From positions 1,290 to 65,289 of the forward strand of contig DATEMY010000298.1 in the NCBI GenBank assembly GCA_035275345.1: 64,000 bases of DNA, in the 5' to 3' direction. Below the pieces are notes generated by a model. It did no database searches. It saw only the letters and a list, made by a program, of their open reading frames with translations, and was not told the origin of the DNA. Positions 19,657-30,226 of the stretch are shown piece by piece. The DNA is from Blastocatellia bacterium (GTDB lineage: Bacteria > Acidobacteriota > Blastocatellia > RBC074). Positions within the stretch are counted from its first letter, which is position 1; each line of letters starts with the position of its first letter. The translations under genes and the position numbers were made by a program.

Positions 19657-21327
19657 TCACTCCGGTTTCGTCAGCAGGAACCAGTAAAAGCCGTACTCAT
19701 TGAGCGCGAGCTGATAAGGTTGATCCTCGATCTGCGGGAACGGCACCCGGTATTGCAAGTCGACCGGCGTCATTTCCCGGTAATTGCTCAGATCGAGCCG
19801 GACTGGCTGCGATGACCGCGCCAGATTGTAGACGCAGAGCACGGTTTCGCCGGCGTAACTCCTCGTGAAGGCCAGGACTTTTCTGTTCTCCGGATGTAGG
19901 AATTCGAGCGATCCACGGCCGAAGACCGGATGCTTTTTTCGCGACAGGATCATCTGGCGCATCCAGTGAAGGAGCGATGTCGAATGGCGCTGTTGCGCTT
20001 CGACGTTGACCGATTGATAGCCGTAAACCGGGTCCATATTCACCGGAAAATACAACTGCGCGAAATCGGCTTTTGAAAACCCGGCGTTGCGATCAAGCGA
20101 CCATTGCATCGGCGTGCGGACGCCGTCGCGGTCACCCAGGTAGATGTTGTCGCCCATGCCGATTTCGTCTCCGTAATACATAAACGGACTCCCCGGCAAA
20201 CTGAAGAGCAGGGCGTTGAGCAACTCGATTCGCCGGCGACCATTATCCATGAGCGGCGCCAACCGGCGGCGGATGCCAAGATTGAGCCGCATTCGACGGT
20301 CATTCGCGTACTCGTTGTAAAGGTAATCGCGCTCTTCGTCCGTCACCATCTCCAGCGTCAACTCGTCGTGATTGCGCAGGAAGAGCCCCCACTGCGTGGT
20401 TTCGGGGATGGCCGGAGTGCGGTTCAGAATCTCGACAATCGGGAGGCGGTCCTCCTGACGCAGCGCCATGTAGATTCGCGGCATGATCGGGAAGTGATAA
20501 CACATGTGGCATTCATCGCCCTGTCCGAAATAGGCCACCACGTCTTCGGGCCATTGGTTGGCTTCCGCCAGCAGCAGCCGACCGGGGTAGTGTTCGTCAA
20601 CGAATCTTCGCAGGCGTTTGATGAAAGCGTGCGTTTCAGGCAGGTTTTCGCAATTCGTGCCCTCGCGCTCGTACAGATAAGGGATCGCGTCGAGCCTGAA
20701 ACCGTCAATGCCTAGATCGAGCCAGAAACGAACGATGTCGAGCATAGCCTGCTGCACTTCGGGGTTGTCGAAGTTCAGATCGGGCTGGTGGCTGAAAAAT
20801 CGATGCCAATAAAAATGACCTGACTGTTCATCCCAGGCCCAGTTGGATCGCTCGGTGTCGAGAAAAATTATCCTCGCGCCGGTGTATCTCAGATCCGTCT
20901 CGCTCCAGACATACCAATCGCGCTTGGGCGAATCGACCGAACTGCGGGAGTCGCGAAACCACGGGTGCTCGTTGGAGGTGTGGTTGAGCACCAGGTCTGT
21001 GATCACCCGCAGGCCGCGCGCGTGCGCCGCCGCGAGGAAGTCCTTGAAGTCTTCGAGCCCGCCGTATTCAGGCAGGATCGAGTAGTAATCCTCGATGTCA
21101 TAGCCGCCGTCGCGCAAAGGCGAAGGGTACATCGGCAACAGCCACAGGCAATCAATCCCCAGCCATTTCAGATAATCGAGCTTCTCGGTCAGGCCGCGAA
21201 AATCGCCAATTCCGTCGCCGTTCGAGTCGCGGAATCCTCTGACATATATTTCGTAAAAGACCGCGTCTTTGTACCACAGTGGGTTGGAATGAATTGCGCT
21301 TTCAACACTCATACTTCGAACGCTCAT
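19657..21327 (-). CDS. treS: trehalose synthase / maltose alpha-D-glucosyltransferase (GH13)
   Basis: 556 aa with [50 protein letters not shown] and [12 protein letters not shown]. There is no fused maltokinase. Confidence 0.88.
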   Translation of the reverse strand: MSVRSMSVESAIHSNPLWYKDAVFYEIYVRGFRDSNGDGIGDFRGLTEKLDYLKWLGIDCLWLLPMYPSPLRDGGYDIEDYYSILPEYGGLEDFKDFLAAAHARGLRVITDLVLNHTSNEHPWFRDSRSSVDSPKRDWYVWSETDLRYTGARIIFLDTERSNWAWDEQSGHFYWHRFFSHQPDLNFDNPEVQQAMLDIVRFWLDLGIDGFRLDAIPYLYEREGTNCENLPETHAFIKRLRRFVDEHYPGRLLLAEANQWPEDVVAYFGQGDECHMCYHFPIMPRIYMALRQEDRLPIVEILNRTPAIPETTQWGLFLRNHDELTLEMVTDEERDYLYNEYANDRRMRLNLGIRRRLAPLMDNGRRRIELLNALLFSLPGSPFMYYGDEIGMGDNIYLGDRDGVRTPMQWSLDRNAGFSKADFAQLYFPVNMDPVYGYQSVNVEAQQRHSTSLLHWMRQMILSRKKHPVFGRGSLEFLHPENRKVLAFTRSYAGETVLCVYNLARSSQPVRLDLSNYREMTPVDLQYRVPFPQIEDQPYQLALNEYGFYWFLLTKPE

Positions 21328-21345
21328 CTCTCGCTCTAAACTGTC

Positions 21346-24300
21346 CTAAACACGTTCAAGCAGCGCCACCGGCAGATGCGCGAGCGCTTCGGCCAATGGC
21401 AGCTCATGGCCATCCTCATGGGCGCCGGGACGCGCTCGCGTCCGGACGGTCCTGCCTGTAAAAACATCGCGGTAACAGCCGGAAAGTTTATCGTTCATCA
21501 GGACCGCCGTGGCGCCCCATACATCGCTTCCTATTGGCAAGCCGGGCGCCAGTCTGATGAAAAATCGAGGCGCCACAACTATCGCAGTCTTCGCGCCGAT
21601 CCTGCGCGCGAAGCTGATGACATGGCGTTCGCGCTCGCCCGCCGGTTGGAGCGGCAGGTATTCCCCCTGCTCGAATAGCTCGCGGTGGTTTCGGCGGTAG
21701 TTGAGCGCGCCGGTCGTGACGAACATCTTGATCCGTCCGTCTGGGGCTGAGCGCAGCAGTTCGGAGGCCAGAGACTCCACCTCTTTGTCTTGCAAAGAAT
21801 CGAGCAGTCGTCGGCGATGTTCGTAGTCAACGGGCCGGCGGTTGTCGGGGTCAACCAGGCTGAAATCCCAGATTTCGGTCCCCTGGTAAAAATCGGGGAC
21901 GCCGGGAGAAGTGATTTTCAAGAGAGTCTGCGAAAGCGAATTGAACATTCCGGCCCGCGAGATCGGGGACTGGAATTCAGCGAAGTCTCTTATAAACGCG
22001 CCATCAAATCCGCCGGTTGGGGACAAAATCTTCGAGATGAAATCGCGAAGGGCCTGTTCGTACTCTTCGTCGGGGTTGAGCCAGCTCGAATGAACCTTGG
22101 CCTCTCTGAGGGCTTTGATCATGTACTCCTGGATTCTTCGGACGAAGGATTCCGGCGCCTGTTCTCGAGGGGCAATGGCAGGGTCGAGGGCTGGCTCAGG
22201 GGCGGTTTCGAGAGGCCACGCGCCGACGAGCGTCTGATAGAGCAGATACTCTTCGTTGACGTCAGGCGCCGCCCGGTCTTCGATCATCGTCTTGAGGTCG
22301 CGGTTTGTCTTCTGCCACCGGCGCACGGCGCGGAACCAGCGGGCGGGAATTTCCGAGAGCGCGTTGATCCTCGCGCGGGCGTCCTCGCTGCGTTTGGCGT
22401 CGTGAGTCGAGCTGGCGAGCATCGCGTGGGGCCAGAGCGACATGCGTTCGCGGTTGAGCCGGTGAAATGTCCCCGGCGAGACGCCGAACCGCGCCGGTTC
22501 GCCTCCGACCTCGCACAGCGACGCCAGCGGATAGAAGCGGTAGAAGGCCGTGTCCTCGATCCCTTTCGCCGCCACCGGCCCGGTCAGTTGCTGGAAGCGC
22601 ATGACGAACTCGCGGCGCTCTCGCCGCCTTTCGTCGTCGATTCCTTCAGGATCGCGGAGCAGCAACAGCGATTCGATGAAGTCGAAGGTCGACGAGCTGA
22701 TCGTCGTGGCGCGGCGTTTGGCGTTGCGGATGGATTTTGAAATGTGGCGGCGATCCTCCTCGCCAACCTCGTCCGCATTCGGCCGGTTCCGGTCCCCCCG
22801 GTTTTCGCCGGGACGGTTCCTGCCCAGATGGATATAGCTGCGGTAGACGGGAAAACAGGCGATCACTTCGCCCAGCGCGGATTGCAGGCTATTGAGCGTA
22901 AAATCGCGCGTGTCACGACTTTGTTCCGAAATCCGGTCGAGCCGGCGCGCCAGCACATGCAGCTCGCTCGACATCGCCGTCTGTAAGATCAGCTTCTTGC
23001 TCCGGTAGGCCACGTCGACGAAGTCACTCTCGACGCCGGCCAGCCGCCGGTAGAGGTTGCGGAACGTCTCCGCATTCTGCGATTCGATGAAGACGCCGTT
23101 GAGTAGATTCAGAAAATCGTAGCCCGTCGTTCCGAACGCCGCCCAGCTTTCGCGCAACCGCTCATCGTGCCCCAGAATCTTTTCAACTACGACGTAGCAG
23201 GGGCGTTCGATTGCGGATTGCGGATCGGGACTCTGGGATTGCGGATTGCGGATTGCGGATTGCCCGGTAGCGGCCGCGGTGGCGGCTGAACGGCGCAGCG
23301 CCCTGCGACAGCCTCCCTGCAAATGGCGCAGGTATTGTTCCGGATCGTAGAGACCGTCAATATGATCAATCCGTAAGCCGGTGATGTGGCCTTCCTTCAT
23401 CAAACGGAAAATTAGTTCGTGAACCGAGGCGAAGACTTCGGGCTCCTCGACGCGGATCGCGGCCAGCTCGTTGATGTCGAAGAAGCGGCGATAATTGATC
23501 TCGTCGGCCGCCACGCGCCAGAAACAGAGCCGATAGGACTGTTCGGCCAGCAACTCTTCGAGGCGATCGAAGCTGCGGGCGTCGCCCCTTTTGCCATTGA
23601 ATTCCCTGACGATTTTTTTGAGGGCGCCGCTGATCTCGCGGCTCTGGGCGACGAGCGCGGCCAGCCGGCGTTTGGAGACCTCTTTCTCACGCAGGCGCTC
23701 GCGCACTTTTTCAGGATCGGTCTCGGTGCGCGGCGGCAGATGCGACAGCGCGGTGATGATGCTTTCCAACTCGAGCCGGTGAGGATGAGCCTCGTCCAGC
23801 GTGGTTTTCAGCTCATCGAGCGCGGCGTTGAGAATTTGAATTGAAGTCCGCGGCGTGATCGGCAGCCGGGTTTCGTAGTAGTTCACAAAGAAAGCGCCGC
23901 GCTGATAAACGAGTTGGATTTCCTGGTTTTCGAGCACGCGGCCGTATTGGTCGCCGAGCGCGGGCAGCAGCGTCTTGTTCGCGAGGTTCTGCTTCGGCGG
24001 GCGCCAATCAATGTCGAAGAAAGCCGCGTAAGGCGAACTCGGGCCGTTTTCGAGAACGTCATTCCACCACTGATTGCCCGAACCGCCGATGCACATGTGA
24101 TTGGGAACGACATCCATCATCAACCCCATTCCGCGCTGTTTGAGCATCACAGAGAACTCGTTGAAATCTTCCCGCGTCCCCAGTTCAGGGTTAAGTTTCG
24201 AAGGATCAATTACGTCATAACCGTGCAGACTGCCTTTCCGCGCCATCAACAACGGCGAGGCGTAACAGTCGCTGATTCCCAGGTCGTGGAGATAATTCAG

Positions 24301-24378
24301 AATCGCCGCGGCCTGTCTAAAGGTGAACAAATGATTGAATTGCAACCGATAAGTCGCCGTGGGGATTCGCGCAGACAT
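21346..24378 (-). CDS. treY: malto-oligosyltrehalose synthase (GH13)
   Basis: Motifs [46 protein letters not shown] and [10 protein letters not shown] are present. The start is taken at ATG 24378 ([13 protein letters not shown]); the ORF extends to 24435. Confidence 0.9.
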   Translation of the reverse strand: MSARIPTATYRLQFNHLFTFRQAAAILNYLHDLGISDCYASPLLMARKGSLHGYDVIDPSKLNPELGTREDFNEFSVMLKQRGMGLMMDVVPNHMCIGGSGNQWWNDVLENGPSSPYAAFFDIDWRPPKQNLANKTLLPALGDQYGRVLENQEIQLVYQRGAFFVNYYETRLPITPRTSIQILNAALDELKTTLDEAHPHRLELESIITALSHLPPRTETDPEKVRERLREKEVSKRRLAALVAQSREISGALKKIVREFNGKRGDARSFDRLEELLAEQSYRLCFWRVAADEINYRRFFDINELAAIRVEEPEVFASVHELIFRLMKEGHITGLRIDHIDGLYDPEQYLRHLQGGCRRALRRSAATAAATGQSAIRNPQSQSPDPQSAIERPCYVVVEKILGHDERLRESWAAFGTTGYDFLNLLNGVFIESQNAETFRNLYRRLAGVESDFVDVAYRSKKLILQTAMSSELHVLARRLDRISEQSRDTRDFTLNSLQSALGEVIACFPVYRSYIHLGRNRPGENRGDRNRPNADEVGEEDRRHISKSIRNAKRRATTISSSTFDFIESLLLLRDPEGIDDERRRERREFVMRFQQLTGPVAAKGIEDTAFYRFYPLASLCEVGGEPARFGVSPGTFHRLNRERMSLWPHAMLASSTHDAKRSEDARARINALSEIPARWFRAVRRWQKTNRDLKTMIEDRAAPDVNEEYLLYQTLVGAWPLETAPEPALDPAIAPREQAPESFVRRIQEYMIKALREAKVHSSWLNPDEEYEQALRDFISKILSPTGGFDGAFIRDFAEFQSPISRAGMFNSLSQTLLKITSPGVPDFYQGTEIWDFSLVDPDNRRPVDYEHRRRLLDSLQDKEVESLASELLRSAPDGRIKMFVTTGALNYRRNHRELFEQGEYLPLQPAGERERHVISFARRIGAKTAIVVAPRFFIRLAPGLPIGSDVWGATAVLMNDKLSGCYRDVFTGRTVRTRARPGAHEDGHELPLAEALAHLPVALLERV
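23209..23263. repeat. tandem heptamer (GATTGCG) blocks inside the treY coding sequence
   Basis: The sequence is gattgcggattgcggat-cgggactctgg-gattgcggattgcggattgcggattgc. On the coding strand it encodes [18 protein letters not shown] and stays in frame. Confidence 0.9.
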
Positions 24379-24648
24379 TATTTCCAATTTTCTTCCTGTT
24401 TTATTGGCCGTATTAATGCGCCGCAGATCGTACAACCTGCGGATGACTCAAAATTAGCCATTTATTCGCCATCAAGCGGCCTGCTTACGATGCCCCCAGA
24501 TTAGAGAGCCTGCGGTCCACATTATTGTCCAGATTAACTTTTGCAATCGGCGCGCCGATCGAACACGATTATATATGAGAGAGAGAGTACGGAAAGGCGC
24601 CGACAATTTGAAAATTAGCCGATAGAAGAATAGCGCCAGGAGAATGAG

Positions 24649-25086
24649 ATGTTCACGCGGTTTCTGCTTTATGGATTCTTGGGCTGGTGCGTGGAAGTAT
24701 TCTGGTCGGCGATCGAGGAAAGTTGGTTGAGAGGGGAACGGGATTGGCGATTAAAAGGCCACTCGTACCTTTGGAGCTTCCCGCTATACGGAATGGCTGC
24801 GTTCCTGTTCGAGCCGTTGCACGACGCCATACGTCATCTGCCGTGGGTGGCGAGAGGAATGATCTATGTCGCATGCATCTGGGCCATCGAATTTCTTGCC
24901 GGGTGGGCGTTGAGACGCAGTGTGGGCGCCTGCCCCTGGGATTACACCAACTGCCGCCATCACGTTAAAGGATTGATAAGCTGGGACTACCTGCCCATCT
25001 GGTTTATCTTCGGATTTATCTTGGAGTATCTGCACGACAGATTCGTCGCCATCACTCCTCACATCATAGCTATCTTCAGTTTCTGA
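24649..25086 (+). CDS. small polytopic membrane protein (PF06541 'ABC-transporter type IV'-like)
   Basis: 145 aa with YGFLGWCVEVFW ... PWDYT...H.KGLIS, which fits that family as I recall it. Confidence 0.55.
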   Translation: MFTRFLLYGFLGWCVEVFWSAIEESWLRGERDWRLKGHSYLWSFPLYGMAAFLFEPLHDAIRHLPWVARGMIYVACIWAIEFLAGWALRRSVGACPWDYTNCRHHVKGLISWDYLPIWFIFGFILEYLHDRFVAITPHIIAIFSF

Positions 25087-25440
25087 AATGGATTGAGTCC
25101 GTCCGGCGCATTTTTTACCTGTATTGGTGTATCGTGTGGCGTACACCCTGTAATTGGTTGATACAAGCCTTCGTCTTTATTCTGTTCGGCGACTGTCCTA
25201 TGGATATGCTCTAAGCCGGCTTCGGCGCGCTAATCTCTCGGCAGCGATAAGAAATTAAGATAAGCGATTCATAGATTTATGAGAAGACTCACTCTAATTT
25301 GGCTAATCCTGAGTTTCTGGCGCGCCGATTGCAAATTTCAACGGCGTGAGAAGTTACTGATTCTCATCCCGCACGACGATGAAGCAGGGACATCTGCCGA
25401 GGGCTGTTGGGGAGCAGACCTCGCAACGTGTCGGGGTTTA

Positions 25441-25499
25441 GACTGTCCGGGTTGTTATGGCCTTGGGGGAGGCGGCTAATCCGGACAGTCTTTTTCTTT
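25441..25499 (+). terminator. candidate intrinsic terminator
   Basis: The stem is gactgtccgg (25441-25450) paired with ccggacagtc (25481-25490), followed by tttttcttt. The 30-nt loop is unusually large. Confidence 0.35.
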
Positions 25500-25526
25500 G
25501 TACGCCTTGAAAATAAGAAATCGAGC

Positions 25527-25636
25527 TTACTGGGATCGCGCGCATCCCTGCGTGCGGAATTTAGCCCTACGACCGATCAACCCTCAGCTCATTACCTACC
25601 ACCGCTCGCACGTAGGGATACGCGCGATCCCAGTAA
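25527..25636. repeat. 30-nt-arm inverted repeat
   Basis: ttactgggatcgcgcgcatccctgcgtgcg (25527-25556) faces cgcacgtagggatacgcgcgatcccagtaa (25607-25636), with 2 mismatches. Confidence 0.85.
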
Positions 25637-25977
25637 TTAAAGCCATCATTTGCTTAAATCTTCTGTCCGCAGCCGTACCGACAACAAACGGGTAGGCGCA
25701 TATGATGCGATTGCTCGTTTGAGGGTGAGGGAAGAGGTGATGGGAACAAGGATCATTCCAGCCGCAATGGGATGTGAACGCGTTGGCAAGACGCGTTAGG
25801 CGACGGTTGAAATATCTTTCCCCCTCACCTCTGACCGCACATTTTGTCCCCATTTCCCCGCCAATTCCGACGCGACTTGCCGAAAACCAACCCTGCGGAC
25901 GCCACAATCAGGATAAATAGATTTGTCGAGTGATCCGTAAGCAATCGAAATCTCACCTGAAATTTCAAGGAAAAGAA

Positions 25978-26991
25978 ATGGTCCATGAGCCATCCGTTTC
26001 AACAGCAAGACCAGCCTATGCCCCAACTATTGCAAAAATGCGCGCCGCCGTCATCGCGGGGTCACAAAGAGTGGAAATCTGCGAGGCGGCGATCCCCGAA
26101 CCGTCCGCTCACGAAGTCCGCGTGCGAATCGAGGGATGCGGCGTCAGCGAGTCGAACATGACCGTGTGGGAGGGCCGGAGCTGGTTCAATTACCCGCGGG
26201 CTGCAGGAGTGCCGGGTCGCGAAGCCTGGGGCGTAGTTGACGCTGTCGGGAGAGAGGTTAAAAAACTGGCGGCCGGTGATCGAGTCACGATGCTTTCTTA
26301 CCACGCCTTCGCGGAATACGACCTGGCCAGGGCCGACGAAGTCGCGCTACTCCCCGATTCGTTAAACGGGAAAGCTTTTCCCGGCCCTGCATTAGCATCT
26401 GCGATGAATGTTTTCCGGCGCGCCGAGGTCCGGCCCGATCAGACTGTGGCGATTATCGGGATTGGCTTTCTAGGCGCGTTGCTAACGCAATTAGCCTCCG
26501 GCGCCGGCGCGCGGGTGATCGCAATTTCGCCCGGGTCCGATGCGCTGGAGGTCGCGCGTTGGGCCGGAGCCGCAGTGACGATTCCAATGAGCAACCACAG
26601 ACGGATTATAGAAGAAGTGGTCGAACTGACCTCCACCGAGGGATGTGACCGTGTGATCGAAGTCATTGGCGAACAATGGCCGCTCGATCTGGCCGCTGAA
26701 TTAGCGCGCGAGCGCGGACGACTGGTCATCGCCGGTTATCACCAGGACGGCCCTCGACAGGTCAACCTGCAATTGTGGAACTGGCGCGGATTGGACGTCA
26801 TCAACGCCCACGAACGCGACCCGCGCGTTTGCGTAGCAGAAATGCGCGAGGCGGTCGGCGCCGTTGCGCAAGGGCGACTCAATCCGGAGCCGCTTTACAC
26901 GCACAACTTTGAGCTTGAACGAATTGACCAGGCAATGAAGATGATGCGCTGCCGCCCTGATGGCTTTCTCAAGGCCCTGGTCACAATCTAA
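25978..26991 (+). CDS. zinc-type alcohol dehydrogenase / MDR-family oxidoreductase
   Basis: Has a GroES-like N-terminal domain (HEVRVRIEGCGVSESN...GREAWGVV) and a Rossmann motif IIGIGFLGALL. Possible starts are 25978, 26038 or 25930. Confidence 0.8.
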   Translation: MVHEPSVSTARPAYAPTIAKMRAAVIAGSQRVEICEAAIPEPSAHEVRVRIEGCGVSESNMTVWEGRSWFNYPRAAGVPGREAWGVVDAVGREVKKLAAGDRVTMLSYHAFAEYDLARADEVALLPDSLNGKAFPGPALASAMNVFRRAEVRPDQTVAIIGIGFLGALLTQLASGAGARVIAISPGSDALEVARWAGAAVTIPMSNHRRIIEEVVELTSTEGCDRVIEVIGEQWPLDLAAELARERGRLVIAGYHQDGPRQVNLQLWNWRGLDVINAHERDPRVCVAEMREAVGAVAQGRLNPEPLYTHNFELERIDQAMKMMRCRPDGFLKALVTI

Positions 26992-27109
26992 GGACAATGA
27001 AAATATGGGACGACTTTAGACTGTCCACATATTACCTGAAACAGGAGGCCCCATGAGAGTGTTCAGCGCTCCCAATTTACTTGAAGATGAGGCGCTTCGA
27101 GAAGCGCCA

Positions 27110-28201
27110 ATGGAAATTGTCATCCTTGGGTTATCAATAACTTCATCGTTGGCCAATAGCCATGCGGCGAATTACCGAGGGTTGACGCGCGCGCTGTCCC
27201 GCCGCGGCCACAGCGTACTTTTCCTCGAACGCGACCAGCCGTCGTTCCGCGACGATCGCGATCTGCCCTGTCCGCCTTACTGCCAGACTGAAATTTATTC
27301 GAGCCTCGAAGAGCTGAAAGACCGATTTACCAGCAGCGTGCGCCAGGCCGATCTGGTAATCGTCGGGTCTTGCGTCCCCGCGGGCGGCATGATCGGCCAT
27401 TGGGTGACCGGGGCCGCGCAGGGCGCGACGGCCTTTTACGATATGGACACTCCAGTGACCCTCGCCAAACTCAAACGAGGCGACCTCGATTATCTCTCTT
27501 ACTCGCTGATCCCTCGTTACGACCTTTACCTCTCTGGCGTCGGTGGTCCGATCCTCGATCTGATAGAGCATAAACTCGGATCACCGATGGCTCGCGCGCT
27601 CTACTGCTCAGTTGATCCCGAGCTTTATTACCCGGAAGGGCCTGAATCGGGCGACCCGCAGTGGGATTTGGGTTATTTGGGGAATTACAGCGACGACCCC
27701 CAGCCCGTCCTCGATCGGTTGATGTTGGATCCGGCGCGTTGGTGGAAACAGGCGCGAATGGTCATCGCCGGATCTGAATACCCGAAAACGATCAAGTGCC
27801 CGCCCAATGTGACACTGACGCCGCGTCTCACCCCTGACATGCGCCGAGCCTTATACAACGCCCAACGCTTCACGCTCAACGTCACTCGCCCCGAAATGGT
27901 CGCCGCGGGATATTCGCCCAGCCTGCGATTGTTCGAAGCCGCCGCGTGCGCCACGCCGATCATCAGCGATTGGTGGAACGGGCTGGAGACTCTCTTCGAG
28001 CCGGGCGAGGAGATTCTGATCGCGCACGACACCGAAGACACGCTCTGTTATCTGCGCGATCTGCCGGAGGAGATCCGGATCGAGACGGGCCAGCGCGCGC
28101 GCGCGCGCGTCATGTCCGCTCACACAGCCGCGCATCGCGCCGTCGAGCTTGAAACGCACGCGCTTCTGGCCTTGATGAACAAATCTTCCATGAAGGTGTG
28201 A
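27110..28201 (+). CDS. CgeB-like glycosyltransferase (DUF3880 + Glyco_trans_1_2-like)
   Basis: MEIVILGLSITSS.. is followed by the C-terminal RFTLNVTRPEMVAAGYSPSLRLFEAAACATPIISDWW. The family was assigned from memory. Confidence 0.6.
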   Translation: MEIVILGLSITSSLANSHAANYRGLTRALSRRGHSVLFLERDQPSFRDDRDLPCPPYCQTEIYSSLEELKDRFTSSVRQADLVIVGSCVPAGGMIGHWVTGAAQGATAFYDMDTPVTLAKLKRGDLDYLSYSLIPRYDLYLSGVGGPILDLIEHKLGSPMARALYCSVDPELYYPEGPESGDPQWDLGYLGNYSDDPQPVLDRLMLDPARWWKQARMVIAGSEYPKTIKCPPNVTLTPRLTPDMRRALYNAQRFTLNVTRPEMVAAGYSPSLRLFEAAACATPIISDWWNGLETLFEPGEEILIAHDTEDTLCYLRDLPEEIRIETGQRARARVMSAHTAAHRAVELETHALLALMNKSSMKV

Positions 28202-28318
28202 GGAAGGCGATAAAACAAAGCGTTGGGACTGTAGCGCCCCTCAGGCATGATGATTGCCTTAACTCATCCTGAAAGTCGAATAAGAAATCCATTGAAGGAT
28301 CTAAAACCTGGAGGATTT

Positions 28319-29104
28319 ATGTATCAAATAAGAAATATGGGTGAGGCTATTTGGCAATCGTTCACTCAGGCGCTCAGCGTGTTTATGAGTTTCCTGCCCG
28401 CGTTGATGGGCGCGGTCATTGTGCTGATTGCCGGCTGGTTTATCTCCAGTTTTCTGGCGCGGTTGATCGAGCGTGGCCTCAATGCGATCGGGTTGGAGCG
28501 GGCGGCCGAGCGTTCCGGGATCAGGCGTTTCATCGAACAGTCTGGATCGCAGTGGACTGTTTCCGGCATTATTGCGACGTTGATCAAGTGGTCAATCTTC
28601 CTGATCTTTATTCAAGCCGCGGCGTCGCTGTTCGGCATGGCGCAGATCACGGCGATTATCAACAGCGTTATCCTCTTCATTCCAAAATTGATTGTGGCGC
28701 TGGCCATTATTGTCATAGGATCACTGATCGCGAAGTTCCTGGCGGGGGCGGTGCGCGGGTCTCTATCCGAGATGGATGCGCCCAACGCCGGATTGTTCGC
28801 CAGGGTGACGCAATATGCGGTAATAGGGTTTGCGATTGTTGCGGCCTTCAACCAGATCGGCATCGCCCAAACCGTAGTTAACACATTGCTGGTCGGATTG
28901 GTTGGGGCGCTGGCGCTGGCGCTCGGGCTGGCCTTTGGCCTCGGAGGGCGTGAAGTCGCCGCGCAGATTACGCAATCCTGGTACAACAAGGGGGCCAGCC
29001 TGGCCGACAAAATCAAACAACGCTCCGAAGATTTTCCGCATAGCGACTTCTACCGCTCGCCTGGAAGAGAGCCGGGGCAGTTTGAACCGCGTCTGGGCGA
29101 TTGA
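28319..29104 (+). CDS. membrane protein with 'conserved TM helix' repeats
   Basis: Has repeated TM plus amphipathic units (LPALMGAVIVLIAGWFISSFLARLIERGL...). The start is uncertain; the ORF opens at 28247. Confidence 0.6.
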   Translation: MYQIRNMGEAIWQSFTQALSVFMSFLPALMGAVIVLIAGWFISSFLARLIERGLNAIGLERAAERSGIRRFIEQSGSQWTVSGIIATLIKWSIFLIFIQAAASLFGMAQITAIINSVILFIPKLIVALAIIVIGSLIAKFLAGAVRGSLSEMDAPNAGLFARVTQYAVIGFAIVAAFNQIGIAQTVVNTLLVGLVGALALALGLAFGLGGREVAAQITQSWYNKGASLADKIKQRSEDFPHSDFYRSPGREPGQFEPRLGD

Positions 29105-29157
29105 GAATCGGTTGCTGGAGCTACGGTAGCGGCGACGATCAAAGGAGTTTTTAGGAT

Positions 29158-29535
29158 ATGGCGCAAGCGACTCAACAGGAATCAGTGCGCAGAGTGACTG
29201 CTGAAGAGGTAATGCGGCGGCTGGATCGCGGCGAAGCTGTGGTCTTCGTTGACTCACGCAATCCGCAAGCGTGGAGTCAATCGAAGGAAAAACTGCCAGG
29301 CGCGATCCGAATTCCCGCTGGCGAAGTCGAGCAGCATTTAAAAGAAATACCGAAAGCTTGCCTAGAAGGCGGCCCGGAAGGCTGTTGGATAATTACCTAT
29401 TGCACCTGACCGCAGGAAGCATCGAGCGCCAGTCTGGCGCAAGAATTAATCCGGCGCGGTTATCGTGACGTTTATCCGCTCCAGGGCGGAATGGACGCGT
29501 GGTGGCATGCGGGTTTCCCGCTCGAACAAAAATGA
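29158..29535 (+). CDS. single-domain rhodanese-like protein interrupted by an in-frame TGA (selenocysteine candidate or pseudogene)
   Basis: The protein reads ...WIITYCT-TGA(29407-29409)-PQEASSASLAQELIRRGYRDVYPLQGGMDAWWHAGFPLEQK. The same frame continues through the rest of the rhodanese fold to TGA 29533-29535. A hairpin, gcgccagtctggcgc, lies at 29426-29440. Confidence 0.6.
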
Positions 29536-29642
29536 AATAGTTGGGAGTTCCGCATTCATGCGGTCAGGTTGAATGAACTAGACAATCCGCGTGAAGGCCG
29601 AACTCCAAACGGGAACCAAACGCTTACTTGGAAATGTGGGGG

Positions 29643-30200
29643 ATGAAGACGCGCACTGCGGTTTTTTCGATGGCGTTAATCGCGCTTGTTTTGTTCGGCT
29701 CTGGTTGCGACACTGCGGAACGAGATACCGCGACAGCGCCGGCAATGACCGCGACGCCAACGATTACGCCGATGATCACTCCTATAACATCTCCGGCGCC
29801 GGCGGCTTCGCCTGTCGCCCCGGAGTGGTTAGCCGACGGCGCCACACATAGCGTGGCTGGCGTCACCGGCGCTCCGAAGGCCCTGATCGGCAAAACTGTG
29901 ACCGTCGTCGCGGAGATTGAGGAAGTCTACGACTCGCGCTCTTTCGAGCTTGATGGAGGCGACTCTCTGACTGGCGGCAGTAAGAAGGACCTGCTGACGC
30001 TGGTTCCCAAAGTCGGCGGTTTTCCATACATTGACGAGCAGTGGAAGAACAGCCGGACGCGAGTGACCGGCGTCATCCAATGGATGGATCCCAAAACCGT
30101 CGAACGCGAAATCGGCTGGGAATTGCCGCGGAGTTTGGAAGCCAAATTCAAAGGCCAGCCCGTGCTGATCGCCCGTTCGGTCGAACGACTTGAGAGGTGA
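29643..30200 (+). CDS. lipoprotein of unknown function
   Basis: Has a signal peptide with a lipobox (ALIALVLFGSGC) followed by a Thr/Pro/Ala-rich linker. Confidence 0.6.
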   Translation: MKTRTAVFSMALIALVLFGSGCDTAERDTATAPAMTATPTITPMITPITSPAPAASPVAPEWLADGATHSVAGVTGAPKALIGKTVTVVAEIEEVYDSRSFELDGGDSLTGGSKKDLLTLVPKVGGFPYIDEQWKNSRTRVTGVIQWMDPKTVEREIGWELPRSLEAKFKGQPVLIARSVERLER

Positions 30201-30226
30201 TCAGGTGGGGCAGAGGAACATCGGAA

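Noticed and set aside
29550-29566. A ccgcattcatgcgg mini-palindrome after the rhodanese gene as a terminator.
   Set aside because: The stem is 6 bp with a 2-nt loop and no T-run. It is probably just another trace of the CCGCATT heptamer.
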